Shown here piece after piece: positions 1 to 9,146 of a DNA stretch of 64,000 bases. The notes beneath the pieces were generated by a model. The model was given only the letters and a program-made list of their open reading frames with translations, did not search any database and was not told where the DNA came from. Source of the stretch: Myxococcota bacterium (GTDB lineage: Bacteria; Myxococcota_A; UBA796; UBA2385). A program made the position numbers and the translations under genes. How positions within the stretch are numbered: position 1 is the stretch's first letter; each line of letters starts with the position of its first letter. The stretch lies in the NCBI GenBank assembly GCA_044344255.1, contig JBIJDH010000001.1:96001-160000 (forward strand), given 5' to 3'.

Positions 1-57
1 CCCGCTCCCAACTCCCCCTCCCTCGACGCCCAGCTTGACCGGCAGCTTGACCCTCGC

Positions 58-504
58 GTGGTCGGCCTCTGGCGGATGCAGGGCCTGCTCCGCCTCGTCT
101 TCGCCGGGCTCCCCACCTCGCTGGCGGTCGGCTTCGGGCTCGGTCGCTTCCTGAGCGTCCCGCTCGGGGTGGGCGTCGCGGCCACGCTGCTGCTCTTCCA
201 CCTCGGGAGGGCCACCGTCTGGCCTGCGCTCGCCTATCGGGCCTACCGCTTCAGCCTGCGCGAACACGATCTGCTGGTGCAGAGCGGGGTGCTCTATCGG
301 CGCTGGTCGAGCGTCCCCCTGTCGCGCATCCAGCACGTGGACACGCGACAAGGGCCGGTGGAGCGTATCTTCGGCCTGTCCAACCTCCAGGTGTACACAG
401 CGGCCGGAATGAGCGCCGACGGCAGCATCCCCGGCCTCGCGGAGGCAGAGGCCGAGCAGCTCCGCGACGAGCTCTCCCGGCGGGGCGGCGATGACGGAGT
501 CTGA
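58..504 (+). CDS. bPH_2 (YdbS-like) membrane protein; may start upstream of 58
   Basis: Two hydrophobic segments then RIQHVDTRQGPVERIFGL...YTAAG...IPGL, the YdbS-type PH domain pattern; overlaps start of next gene. Confidence 0.85.
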   Translation: MVGLWRMQGLLRLVFAGLPTSLAVGFGLGRFLSVPLGVGVAATLLLFHLGRATVWPALAYRAYRFSLREHDLLVQSGVLYRRWSSVPLSRIQHVDTRQGPVERIFGLSNLQVYTAAGMSADGSIPGLAEAEAEQLRDELSRRGGDDGV

Positions 505-1936
505 CGGTCCGCACGACGAGACGCCCTGGCGGAGCCTCCACCCCGCCAGCCTCTTCGTCAACCTCATCCCCCAGGCCTGGCGCACGGTTCGCGGCGCCTG
601 GCCCTTCCTGCTGGCGATCGCGGTCGGCGGGGCCCGAGATCCGAGCGCGCTCTTCAACCTCAGCCTGATCGGCTTCTTCTTCCTGGCGGCCCTGGCCCGC
701 TCGGCGGTCCACGTCGCCACGCTGCGCTACCGCGTGGTGGAGGGGAAGCTCGAGCTCCGGGCGGGGCTGCTCAACCGCCGCGCCCAGGTCATCGACGCCG
801 TCCGCATCCAGAACGTGAGCATCGAGCGGAACATCTTCCATCGGATGAGCGGCCTCGTCGAGCTCAAGGTCGACACCGCCGGGGGAGGCGGCACCGAGGG
901 CCTCCTCTCGGCCCTCTCGGTCGGCGAGGCCCAGGGGCTCAAGGCCGAGCTGCAGGCGGCCCATGACCGCAAGGCCCCGGAGGAGCCCAACGCCGCCGCC
1001 GTCCCCACCGACGTGCTGACCGAGATGGGCCTGCTCGAGTGCCTGGCCTATGGCTTCACCAACCGGAGCGTGGGCGCCGTGGCGCTCCTCACCGCGGTGA
1101 TGCTGGAGGGGATGGCGCGGATGGGCCCGAGCGGCGGCTCCGAGCTCGCCGCCGCCACCCGACAGCCCCGCGCCATTCTGGCGGCCGTGCTCATCGCGTT
1201 TGCGGCCTCCTGGCTGCTCTCGGCGGGCAACGCCCTCCTCCGCCACCACCGCTGCCGCCTGTCGCTCGAGAAGGAGCGCCTCGTCGTGGAGGAGGGACTG
1301 TTCACGCGGCGGCGGGTCGAGATCCCTATCGGGAAGGTGCAGGTCGTGCTGGTAGACGAGACCTTCCTGCGCAGACGGATGGGCTATGGCACCCTGCAGA
1401 TAGAGACCGCGGCCCTCGGCGTGATGGAGGGGCCGGCGCGACAGGCGGAGGGTCGGGTGCCGATGGTGCCGCTCGAGCTCCTGTCCACCTGCCTCTCTAC
1501 CGCCATCCCCACGCTGCCCTTTGACCCTTGGGAGGCGCCGCTCCTGCCGGCGCACCGCCGGGCCTTTCACCGCGCCACGCTGCAACGCACCCTCAACATC
1601 CTGCTGCTCAGCCTCGTGGCCGCCGCCTTCGTGGGCGGATGGGGGGCGCTCGGGCTCACCCTGCTCCCCACGGCCCCCCTGCTCGCCTGGCTCGACTGGC
1701 GCTCGCAGGGCTGGCTGATCACGCCGGAGGTGCTGGTGATCCGCCGCGGCTGGCTCTCCCGCACCACCTGTGTCATCGACCGGAACAAGCTCCAGAGCGT
1801 GCACCTGAGCCAGTCCCCCCTCCTCCGCCTGAACGGGCTCGGGCGGGTGGTGGTGCGGGTCGCCGGCACGGAGCTCGCCCTGCCCGACCTCTCCTTCGAG
1901 GAGGCCCAGGTGAGGCTGCAGTCGCTGCGGGACTGA
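491..1936 (+). CDS. Multi-bPH_2 (YdbT-like) membrane protein
   Basis: N-terminal WRSLHP; three PH-like repeats (RIQNVSI, KVQVVLV, KLQSVHL) separated by TM pairs; canonical partner of YdbS. Confidence 0.85.
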   Translation: MTESDGPHDETPWRSLHPASLFVNLIPQAWRTVRGAWPFLLAIAVGGARDPSALFNLSLIGFFFLAALARSAVHVATLRYRVVEGKLELRAGLLNRRAQVIDAVRIQNVSIERNIFHRMSGLVELKVDTAGGGGTEGLLSALSVGEAQGLKAELQAAHDRKAPEEPNAAAVPTDVLTEMGLLECLAYGFTNRSVGAVALLTAVMLEGMARMGPSGGSELAAATRQPRAILAAVLIAFAASWLLSAGNALLRHHRCRLSLEKERLVVEEGLFTRRRVEIPIGKVQVVLVDETFLRRRMGYGTLQIETAALGVMEGPARQAEGRVPMVPLELLSTCLSTAIPTLPFDPWEAPLLPAHRRAFHRATLQRTLNILLLSLVAAAFVGGWGALGLTLLPTAPLLAWLDWRSQGWLITPEVLVIRRGWLSRTTCVIDRNKLQSVHLSQSPLLRLNGLGRVVVRVAGTELALPDLSFEEAQVRLQSLRD

Positions 1937-1951
1937 GCGGGGCTCGGCTCT

Positions 1952-3193
1952 TCAGCCGAGGATGAGCTTGACCGCGATGATCGAGCCGATGACCCCCATG
2001 ATGTCAGCGGAGAGGCCCGAGACCACGGCGTGCCGGCTGCGGATGATGCCGATGCTGCCAAAATAGACGGCGAGCACGTAGAAGGTGGTCTCCGAGGAGC
2101 CGTTGAGCGTGCTCGCGAGCTGCCCGATGTAGGAGTCGGGGCCGTGCGACTTGATGAGCTCCGTGGTGAGGCCAAAGGCGCCCGAGCCCGAGAGCGGTCG
2201 GAGGAAGGCCAGCGGCAGCACCTCACCGGGCATGCCCAGCGGCTCGGTGTAGGGGCCGAGCGTGCCCGTGAGGGCGCCGAGGCCCCCGGAAGCACGGAGC
2301 ATCCCCACCGCGACGAGGATGGCGACGAGGTAGGGCATGATCGAGGTGGCCATGGTGAAGCCCTCCTTTGCCCCCTTGATGAAGACCTCGTAGACCTTCA
2401 CCCCGCGAATAACGCCGATGAGCAGCATGCCCATGATTAGGCCCGGCAGGATCCAGGCGCTGGCGGCCTCCTTGTACACATAGGTCAGGGTGACGAGGCC
2501 GATGAGAGCGGCGAGGAAGGCCACCAACCCCACCACCGCGACGGGATCGCTCTCCCGCCGGCCCGCCGCCTCTCGGGCGACGGCGGCGTCGGACTCGGTC
2601 TGGGCGGCGCTCAGCGGGAAGAGCCGGGTGCGGCTGATGAACTTGGTGAAGACCACGGCGAGCACAGTGTTTATCGCCGTGGCGAGGAGGGTCGTGGGGA
2701 AGATCGCCGCCGGATCCGCCGAGCCCTCCGCCGCTCGAATGCCGATGATGCCCGTCGGCAGGACGGCCACGCCGCTCGTGTTGATCGCGAGGAAGAGCAC
2801 CATGGCGTTCGTGGCCGTTCCCTTCTCCTTGTTCAAGGTCTCCAGCTCCGACATCGCCTTGAGGCCGAAGGGGGTGGCGGCGTTGCCGAGCCCGAGCACA
2901 TTCGCGGCGAGGTTCATGATCATCGCGCCCATCGCGGGGTGGTCCGGTGGGACGTCGGGGAACAGGCGCACCATGACCGGCCGGATGATTCGGGCCATGA
3001 AGGTGAGACCCCCGGCCTCTTCAACCACCTTCATCAAGCCGAGGAAGAGCGAGATGTAGCCCACCAGGCCGAGCGCGAGCTCGATGGCGGCCTTGGCGCT
3101 GTCCATCGCCGCCTTGCCGGTCTCGGCGGGGGTGCCGTTCCACACGGTGAAGGCAAAGGCGACGGCGATGATGCCGAAGAAGATCTTGTTCAT
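1952..3193 (-). CDS. spmAB: Fused SpmA/SpmB nucleoside-recognition (Gate) membrane protein
   Basis: ANVLGLGNAATPFGLKAM (SpmA) and RPLSGSGA / GSSETTFYVLAVYFG (SpmB) motifs. Confidence 0.9.
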   Translation of the reverse strand: MNKIFFGIIAVAFAFTVWNGTPAETGKAAMDSAKAAIELALGLVGYISLFLGLMKVVEEAGGLTFMARIIRPVMVRLFPDVPPDHPAMGAMIMNLAANVLGLGNAATPFGLKAMSELETLNKEKGTATNAMVLFLAINTSGVAVLPTGIIGIRAAEGSADPAAIFPTTLLATAINTVLAVVFTKFISRTRLFPLSAAQTESDAAVAREAAGRRESDPVAVVGLVAFLAALIGLVTLTYVYKEAASAWILPGLIMGMLLIGVIRGVKVYEVFIKGAKEGFTMATSIMPYLVAILVAVGMLRASGGLGALTGTLGPYTEPLGMPGEVLPLAFLRPLSGSGAFGLTTELIKSHGPDSYIGQLASTLNGSSETTFYVLAVYFGSIGIIRSRHAVVSGLSADIMGVIGSIIAVKLILG

Positions 3194-3211
3194 CGATGCA
3201 CCCGGGGAGGG

Positions 3212-4123
3212 TCAGCCTTCGGGGAGGGTGAAGGCGAGGAGGGTGAGGAGGGCGCGGCCGAGGGCGGTCGGGTCCTGCGCCGCGAGGGGGAGAGCGCCGA
3301 GGTCGTGCACCGAGATCGAGCGACGGCCGGTGGGCGGGAGCGGGGGATCGACGAAGCGCTGGTCGGCCACGGCGATGGGGTCGACGGGCTGGCCGGGGGA
3401 GAGGTCGACCGCCGAGAGGTAGAGCGTCAGCCGCTGGAGCTCGGTGTCGAGGCGCTCGTGGGTGAAGAGGGCGCGGAAGGCCTCCCGATCGGCCGAGACG
3501 GGGCTCCCCAGCGCGACGAAGGCGAGCAGGCGGTCGCGGAGGGGGGCGTCTTCGGCCAGGGCGGCGAGGAGCGCCGACCCCGCGGCGCCGCGCACGATGA
3601 GCACGAGGCGGTCGGAGGGAGCCCCCCAGGCGGCCTCCAGGCGGTCCCCAAGCCCCTCCTCACCCGACAGGGCGGAGAGGTCGTGGGATCGCAGCCCCCC
3701 GCTCCCCAGGGCCAGGGAGAGGTCGGGCCAGCCCTCGACGGCGAACACCACGTGCCCGAGGCGTCGGCGGAGGCCCTCCTGCACCGCCGGCGTCCAGCGG
3801 GCGATGGCCTCCCAGTCAACGGTGGGGCCGAGGCGGCCCCGCGGATCATAGTCAGCGCCGAGCCCCGCGGGATCCTCCTCGAGCTCCGCCGTGGCCAAGC
3901 CGCCGAGGAGGCTCGGGAGGCGCGCCTCGAGCTCCGTCGTCCACCGAAGCTTGGCGGCGTCCACCGGGAGCCCTTCGGCCTCGATCGCGCCGCGGGTCAG
4001 GGTGGCGAGGACGAGCTTGAAGAGGCGCTCGGTGTCGAGCGAGGGGGGCTCGGGGAGCGTCCGTACGGCGGCCCAGACGGCCAGCCCCACGACGACCAGC
4101 TCGACCAGCCCCTCGGCCGTCAT
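3212..4123 (-). CDS. Hypothetical protein with N-terminal TM; possibly a degenerate alpha/beta-hydrolase fold
   Basis: Coding-like composition; ATGA overlap with upstream gene; LVLIVRGAAG...FVALGSP weakly resembles hydrolase strands. Confidence 0.6.
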   Translation of the reverse strand: MTAEGLVELVVVGLAVWAAVRTLPEPPSLDTERLFKLVLATLTRGAIEAEGLPVDAAKLRWTTELEARLPSLLGGLATAELEEDPAGLGADYDPRGRLGPTVDWEAIARWTPAVQEGLRRRLGHVVFAVEGWPDLSLALGSGGLRSHDLSALSGEEGLGDRLEAAWGAPSDRLVLIVRGAAGSALLAALAEDAPLRDRLLAFVALGSPVSADREAFRALFTHERLDTELQRLTLYLSAVDLSPGQPVDPIAVADQRFVDPPLPPTGRRSISVHDLGALPLAAQDPTALGRALLTLLAFTLPEG

Positions 4124-5619
4124 CGGGCGCCTCCGCGGGGCAGGGCCAGCCTCAAGGGGGGCGCCGCCTCGGTGGAGTAGGCCGGGAGGGCGACACCGTC
4201 AGCCTTGGCCTTACGAACGATGAAGTAGAGCGCGGTGTAGAGCGCGAGCCACTCCCAGAAGGGCTTCTCATTCAAGGTGAACTCGAGGAAGGACCAAGCG
4301 AAGTAGCCGAGCATCGCCGCCGGCATCGTCCACGCGTAGACGCCGGCCACCGTGCCCTTCGTGAGCGCCACCACCTCCCGCACCATCCGCACCACCGCCA
4401 CGAAGAGCCACGCGCAGAGCCCGAGCCCGACCACGCCGTAGTGGGCGATGACCTCCCAGAAGATGCCGTGGGGGTAATCGTAGAGGGAGTCGGAGACATA
4501 GTAGTTGTAGGAGGGCAGCAGGAGCTCGTAGCCCCCCGCGCCGATGCCGAGGCCCTTGGTGTCGAGGAACATCTGCACGCAGACCAGCCAATTCAGCTCT
4601 CGGTAGTTTCCGCTCAACCCGAGGTTGCTGGCGATGCGCATCAAGGCCTTGGCGCTGTCCCCGAGGTTGAAGGAGATGCCCACCACGAAGATGACGGCGG
4701 TGATGGCGCCGAAGCGGAGGAACCACCGCCGAAAGAGCGGGTGCATCCCCGCGGCGAGCAGGCCGCCGATGAGCGTGGCGGCGGCGCCGCCCCGCGAGCC
4801 GGAGAGCAGCATCATGAAGAAGATGAAGCAGCCCGCCAGCACGAGCAGCCAACGCCGCCAGCGCACCTTGTCGACGAGCGCCATCCCGAAGCAGGTGTGG
4901 ATGATGAACATCAGGTTCATCGCGAACCAGTTCGGCTGTTGGCCGAGCCCCGTCTCCCGCCCGCCGCCCGAGGCCGCCTTGAACGTGACCGTCGTGACCT
5001 GGATGCCGAGCACATCCACCGCGATCGTGAGGAGGCCGATCACCACACACGCGCCCACCCAGAACCACAACATCCGCTGGAAGTCGGCCCAGGTCTTCAC
5101 GTAGGCCAGGATGACGATCGTGTTCGCCAGCACCATCAGCATCGGGAGGATGTCGCCGATGGCGTCCTTCTTGTCGACACACCAGGCGAGCGACAGCACG
5201 ATCCAGCCCGCCAGCGCCAACCACGGCGCCTGCCACGGCCAGCGCTGCCAGAGCGCGGTGCGCCGCGAGAGCGCGTGGGCGAGCAGCGCGAAGAGGCAGA
5301 GCAGCAACGCGGGCTCGAAGGGGCCGATGCCGACGGTGCCGATCCGCAAGAAGACGATCGCCCCCGTAGAGAGCAGCCGGGCGCCGATCAGCACGCCGAC
5401 CCCGATCAGGGGCCGCTCGAGGACGAAGAGCAGCACCCCGACGCCCAGCACGAGGGCGAAGCAGATGCGCGGGTCGATCACAAAGAAGCCAGCGACCACC
5501 ACCTGCGCGAGCCCGACGATCAGCAGCCCGGCGGGCCCCCCCAAGGGCGCGCTCCAGCGTTCCACGCGTTCCCTGACCGAGTCGAGCAAGCCGAATCCAG
5601 CGCCGCGAGGCAGATCCAC
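4120..5619 (-). CDS. O-antigen ligase / O-oligosaccharyltransferase-like (Wzy_C) polytopic membrane protein
   Basis: About 12 TM segments; QPNWFA, LSGSRGG, GIGAGGY, YPHGIFWEVIAHYGVVG motifs; GTG start at 5619 preferred because the ORF-track TTG (5661) is part of a TTGACA hexamer. Confidence 0.85.
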   Translation of the reverse strand: MDLPRGAGFGLLDSVRERVERWSAPLGGPAGLLIVGLAQVVVAGFFVIDPRICFALVLGVGVLLFVLERPLIGVGVLIGARLLSTGAIVFLRIGTVGIGPFEPALLLCLFALLAHALSRRTALWQRWPWQAPWLALAGWIVLSLAWCVDKKDAIGDILPMLMVLANTIVILAYVKTWADFQRMLWFWVGACVVIGLLTIAVDVLGIQVTTVTFKAASGGGRETGLGQQPNWFAMNLMFIIHTCFGMALVDKVRWRRWLLVLAGCFIFFMMLLSGSRGGAAATLIGGLLAAGMHPLFRRWFLRFGAITAVIFVVGISFNLGDSAKALMRIASNLGLSGNYRELNWLVCVQMFLDTKGLGIGAGGYELLLPSYNYYVSDSLYDYPHGIFWEVIAHYGVVGLGLCAWLFVAVVRMVREVVALTKGTVAGVYAWTMPAAMLGYFAWSFLEFTLNEKPFWEWLALYTALYFIVRKAKADGVALPAYSTEAAPPLRLALPRGGAR

Positions 5620-5709
5620 ACCGATCGCTGGCAGGTACCGCCCTCGGGGTGCACATGTCAACCGTCCGTGAGCACCGCGGAGATCGACCCGAGAATGTGG
5701 TCGCCCTTC

Positions 5710-5738
5710 TTGACAGGGGGGCCGTCATTGGTGAGACT
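5710..5738 (+). promoter_or_regulatory. Putative sigma70 promoter for the small lipoprotein gene
   Basis: TTGACA (5710-5715), 17 nt, GAGACT (5733-5738); a divergent TTGACA lies on the minus strand at 5656-5661. Confidence 0.5.
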
Positions 5739-5844
5739 GCATTCAGCCCCGCGAGGGGCTGCTCCGGGTCCACACTCCGGAGCACGAGTCGTGGCAGAGC
5801 AGTCCGCCACGATTTGATCGAACCCCCCGATTGAGGAGACGCCT

Positions 5845-5946
5845 ATGACCGCTCGCATCCTTCTTCTTCTCGCCGCCGTGATGTCCCTCTCCCTCGCCGC
5901 TTGCGGCGACAAGGATGACGACACCGCCGCCGAGATGTCCAACTGA
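5845..5946 (+). CDS. 33-aa small lipoprotein MTARILLLLAAVMSLSLAAC-GDKDDDTAAEMSN
   Basis: GAGGAG RBS at 5833-5838, ATG, signal peptide with LAAC lipobox, TGA, then a terminator; below the ORF-track cutoff. Confidence 0.85.
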   Translation: MTARILLLLAAVMSLSLAACGDKDDDTAAEMSN

Positions 5947-5967
5947 AGAAGTCCTCCTCGTGAGGAC

Positions 5968-6001
5968 CGGCGCCCCCGTCTTGACGGGGGCGTCGTCTTT
6001 T
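5968..6001 (+). terminator. Intrinsic terminator
   Basis: CGCCCCCGTC / GACGGGGGCG perfect inverted repeat followed by TCGTCTTTT. Confidence 0.75.
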
Positions 6002-6040
6002 GGGGGTCCTCCTCCCTACGTTTCTCCCTACGCTTCTCCC

Positions 6041-6262
6041 TCAGCGTCGGCGGCGCGACGAGGGGTTCACGGGGACCGGAACGGGGACGGGGATCGGCGC
6101 CGGGCCGGGGAGCAGCTCGTCCATCCACTCGTCGAAGCGCTCGGCGACCTCACGCAGCCGGTCGTTCAAGCTGCGGCCTGCGGGACGCGCCCGATCGCGG
6201 CCAGGATCGCCAGGCGACCCTCCCTTCGTGCTGTCCCTGCTGTTGTTGTCGCCATGGGGCAA
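6041..6262 (-). CDS. 73-aa hypothetical protein with C-terminal PAPIPVPVPVPV-RRRR tail
   Basis: AGGAGG 6 nt before TTG at 6262; TATACT upstream; amphipathic LNDRLREVAERFDEWMDELL helix. Confidence 0.6.
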   Translation of the reverse strand: MPHGDNNSRDSTKGGSPGDPGRDRARPAGRSLNDRLREVAERFDEWMDELLPGPAPIPVPVPVPVNPSSRRRR

Positions 6263-6450
6263 GGCGGACCTCCTGGTCGGAGTGCTAGTATAGACACGGA
6301 AACCTGTAGCGCCATCCTCCGAGTCCTCCCAGAAAAAATCCGGCTGGCCCCATCCGCAACCGCCCGCTCCCCCTGGCCCTGCTCCTCTCCCTGGCGATCT
6401 GGTTCGCCCTCGCCGCGACCTCCTCGCGCGCGGTCGGCCTCGTCGGGGAG

Positions 6451-8040
6451 GTGGCGATCGGCCAGGCCCTGGCTGACCCACCCGCGGTGATGGTCTCGGT
6501 AGATCCACTCATCTGGGCGGATGGCGCCGCGACCCCCTCCGCGGGCTCGACGTGGGGGCCCCTCATCGCCAGCCAGGCGCGCCCGATCGAGCGCCTCACC
6601 CTGCCGGGCGGCCTGCGCCTGCCCCTCGCGATCAACGCCCACACCGGCGGCCTCTCGGACTGGCCAGCCCGCCTCGTCTACGGGCTCACGGGGTCCGCAG
6701 GGGCGGTGAGGGCGCTGAACATCGCGCTCGGCGCCCTGCTCATCGTCCTCGTCCACCGCTTCCTCGCCCGCTCCGCCTCCGCGGTGGCGGCCGGCGTGGC
6801 CGCCGTGTTCCTCGCCACGGACTGGGCCTTCTTGTTCTACAAGCAGGTGCTCGGTGGCACGGAGCTCACCCTCCAGCTGGCCGGGCTGCTGTGCCTCTTG
6901 GGGCTTTGGAGGCGACGGTGGGCGGGTGGGCGCCACGGGCTCCTGCTCCTGGGGTTCGGCTTGGGGTTGGGAGTACAAGCGAAGCTCACCTTCGTCCTCA
7001 GCTTCGCCGCGCTGGCCCTCGCCGCGCTCGCGCTCCGCCGGGATCGACCCGCGACGCAGCCCCCGCTCCCCTCCCCCAAGGCCGCGCCGCTGCTGGCGCT
7101 GCTCTGCTGGACCGCGCCGCTGTGGTTGACCTGGATCCACCACAGGCTGGGGGTGCCCGCCTCGCCGCACGTGAACAGCCACGACTTCGCCGGGATGCAG
7201 GTGGGCCGCGTCACGGCCGCGCTCACCGGAGCGGCGACCCCGACCCGGGAGGGGCTCGAAAACCTGTTCGCGTGGGCGATCTCTCCCCTCCCCTTCTTCG
7301 CGCGAGCGTATGGTGCCACCGGGGCGCCAGCGGTCTCGATCGGGCGGATCATCGGTTGGGCCCTGCTCTTCGCAGGGGTCGGCTTCGCCTGGGTCGACCG
7401 CCACCCGACACCGAGACAGGCCCTCCTCCGCCTCACCAGCCTCACCCTCCTGCTCCAGGTGGGCCTCCTGTGGCTCGTGGCCCGCGATCTCCACCACCTC
7501 GCGATGGCCGAGCCCACCCTGGCCTTGGTCGTGGGGCTGTCCACCGCCGAGCTCGCCGCCCGCTTCGGCCCGCAGCGGAGCTTCGTGGTCACCGCGGTCG
7601 CGGCCCTGCTCTGCGCCCCATGGGCGATCTCCGGCATCGACACCCTACGGCGCACCGATCCCGTGCTCTCCACCATCTCCGTGCCCACCTTCACCGCCGC
7701 CGGGCAGGCGGCCCTGGTGGAGATGGTGCGGGGCGCAGGCGTCGAGCGGCTCACCCTCTGCAATTACGAGGCCATGGGCGTCTTCGAGCTCATGATCCCC
7801 GAGATCGCCGTACAAAACGCCTGGGGAGCCGCCTCCCGCGCCGAGGCCGACCTGCTCCCGCACCTCCTCCGCGTCGCCGTCGGCGGCCACCTGCTGATCG
7901 TCCGCAGCAGCGCGCCGATGATCTACGACCGGCACCCCCGAGCGGCCGATCTGCGGCGGGCGGCGGTGTCCGAGGGGCTCACGGTCGAGCCCGTCGCGGC
8001 CCTCCCCGACGGGGCGGCCGAGCTCTACGCGATCCGCTGA
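6451..8040 (+). CDS. Polytopic membrane protein, GT-C/PMT-ArnT-like glycosyltransferase candidate; true start probably near 6352
   Basis: Many TM segments with a PMT_2-like pattern (AVRALNIALG, GLGLGVQAKL) and a soluble C-terminal domain. Confidence 0.65.
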   Translation: MAIGQALADPPAVMVSVDPLIWADGAATPSAGSTWGPLIASQARPIERLTLPGGLRLPLAINAHTGGLSDWPARLVYGLTGSAGAVRALNIALGALLIVLVHRFLARSASAVAAGVAAVFLATDWAFLFYKQVLGGTELTLQLAGLLCLLGLWRRRWAGGRHGLLLLGFGLGLGVQAKLTFVLSFAALALAALALRRDRPATQPPLPSPKAAPLLALLCWTAPLWLTWIHHRLGVPASPHVNSHDFAGMQVGRVTAALTGAATPTREGLENLFAWAISPLPFFARAYGATGAPAVSIGRIIGWALLFAGVGFAWVDRHPTPRQALLRLTSLTLLLQVGLLWLVARDLHHLAMAEPTLALVVGLSTAELAARFGPQRSFVVTAVAALLCAPWAISGIDTLRRTDPVLSTISVPTFTAAGQAALVEMVRGAGVERLTLCNYEAMGVFELMIPEIAVQNAWGAASRAEADLLPHLLRVAVGGHLLIVRSSAPMIYDRHPRAADLRRAAVSEGLTVEPVAALPDGAAELYAIR

Positions 8041-8055
8041 CCGGAGCCCAGCCCC

Positions 8056-9072
8056 TCAGCGAGCCGCCAGCGACTGGCCGAGCAGGGCGTCGAGGCGGGC
8101 CCGATCGGCCTGGAAGGCGGGAGACTGCGAGGCCTCGAACTTCCGGCGAACGGCGCCGTGGTAGTCGATGGGGTCGACCACCTTGCCGCCGACCTCCACC
8201 TGGTAGTGCAGGTGGGGGCCCATCGAGTGGCCGGTGTTGCCCGACAGCGCCAGCACCTGGTTGGGCGCGACGCGGGTGCCGACGTCGACCTTGTTCTCCG
8301 AGAGGTGGAGGAACTTCGCGACCGCCCCGTCGTCGAACTGGACCTCGACACAGTTGCCGTTGGAGGCCCAATTCCAGTTCACGCGGGTGACCACGCCGGC
8401 CTTGGGAGAGACGACCTCGGTGCCCACCGGCGTCTTGAAGTCCATGCCCTTGTGGGTGGGGCGGTCTCGCAGGAGGCTGGTGATCTGCTCGTAGTCGATG
8501 AGCGGCGAGCTCTGGAGGCGGTAGGGCACCTCGGTGCCATCCTCCTGCCAGTAGGAGGGGTAGGCGTCGCCGGGGGCCTGCCAGCGGTAGGCGGTCAGCG
8601 TGCGGCCGAGCTTGGAGGAGTGCAAGCGAGCAGCGGCGATCTCGTAGATGCCGTCCGCGTTCTTGTGCCAGGCGACCTCCATGTGGTCGCCCTTCATCAC
8701 GTCGCGGCGGAGCTCCATGTCCCAGACGAAGAGGCGCGAGAAGACCGCGCTCAGGGCGTCGCCGTCTTCGCCGACCGCGCCGCGGAAGGTGGCGGCCAGG
8801 GTGCCCGAGACCTCACCGCTGGTCACGGTCCAGTCCCCGGGCATCGGCGCCACGGCAGGGGCAGCGGGCAGCGCGGGGGGCGGCGCGGCCCCCTCGGCGG
8901 GGTTGGGCGAGGCGGTCTCGAGGGAGGGGGCGACGTCCGCCTCGGCCGCGGGTGCCGAACCGGCCGCCGGGCCCTCGTCGAGCACCATGACCACGTTGAG
9001 GAGGAGCGAGCAGCCGAGGAGTCCGTAGAGCAGCCAGGGCTTACCGTAGGGGGGATCGAATCGGAAAGCCAT
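8056..9072 (-). CDS. M23 family metallopeptidase
   Basis: N-terminal TM; HKGMD (HxxxD), FLHLS, SGNTGHSMGPHLH motifs. Confidence 0.92.
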   Translation of the reverse strand: MAFRFDPPYGKPWLLYGLLGCSLLLNVVMVLDEGPAAGSAPAAEADVAPSLETASPNPAEGAAPPPALPAAPAVAPMPGDWTVTSGEVSGTLAATFRGAVGEDGDALSAVFSRLFVWDMELRRDVMKGDHMEVAWHKNADGIYEIAAARLHSSKLGRTLTAYRWQAPGDAYPSYWQEDGTEVPYRLQSSPLIDYEQITSLLRDRPTHKGMDFKTPVGTEVVSPKAGVVTRVNWNWASNGNCVEVQFDDGAVAKFLHLSENKVDVGTRVAPNQVLALSGNTGHSMGPHLHYQVEVGGKVVDPIDYHGAVRRKFEASQSPAFQADRARLDALLGQSLAAR

Positions 9073-9146
9073 CCGGGGGACCTCGATTGGGAGCCCAAGT
9101 CTGGCCCGTCCCCTCCAACCTGTCAAGGTGGACCCTCGAAATCACA

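Noticed and set aside
1952..3193. spmAB as evidence of endospore formation
   Set aside because: Fused SpmAB is widespread in non-sporulating bacteria
6166..6255. ORF MATTTAG...AAA as a frameshifted N-terminus of the 6041 protein
   Set aside because: A TTG start with a better-spaced AGGAGG gives an intact 73-aa frame without a frameshift
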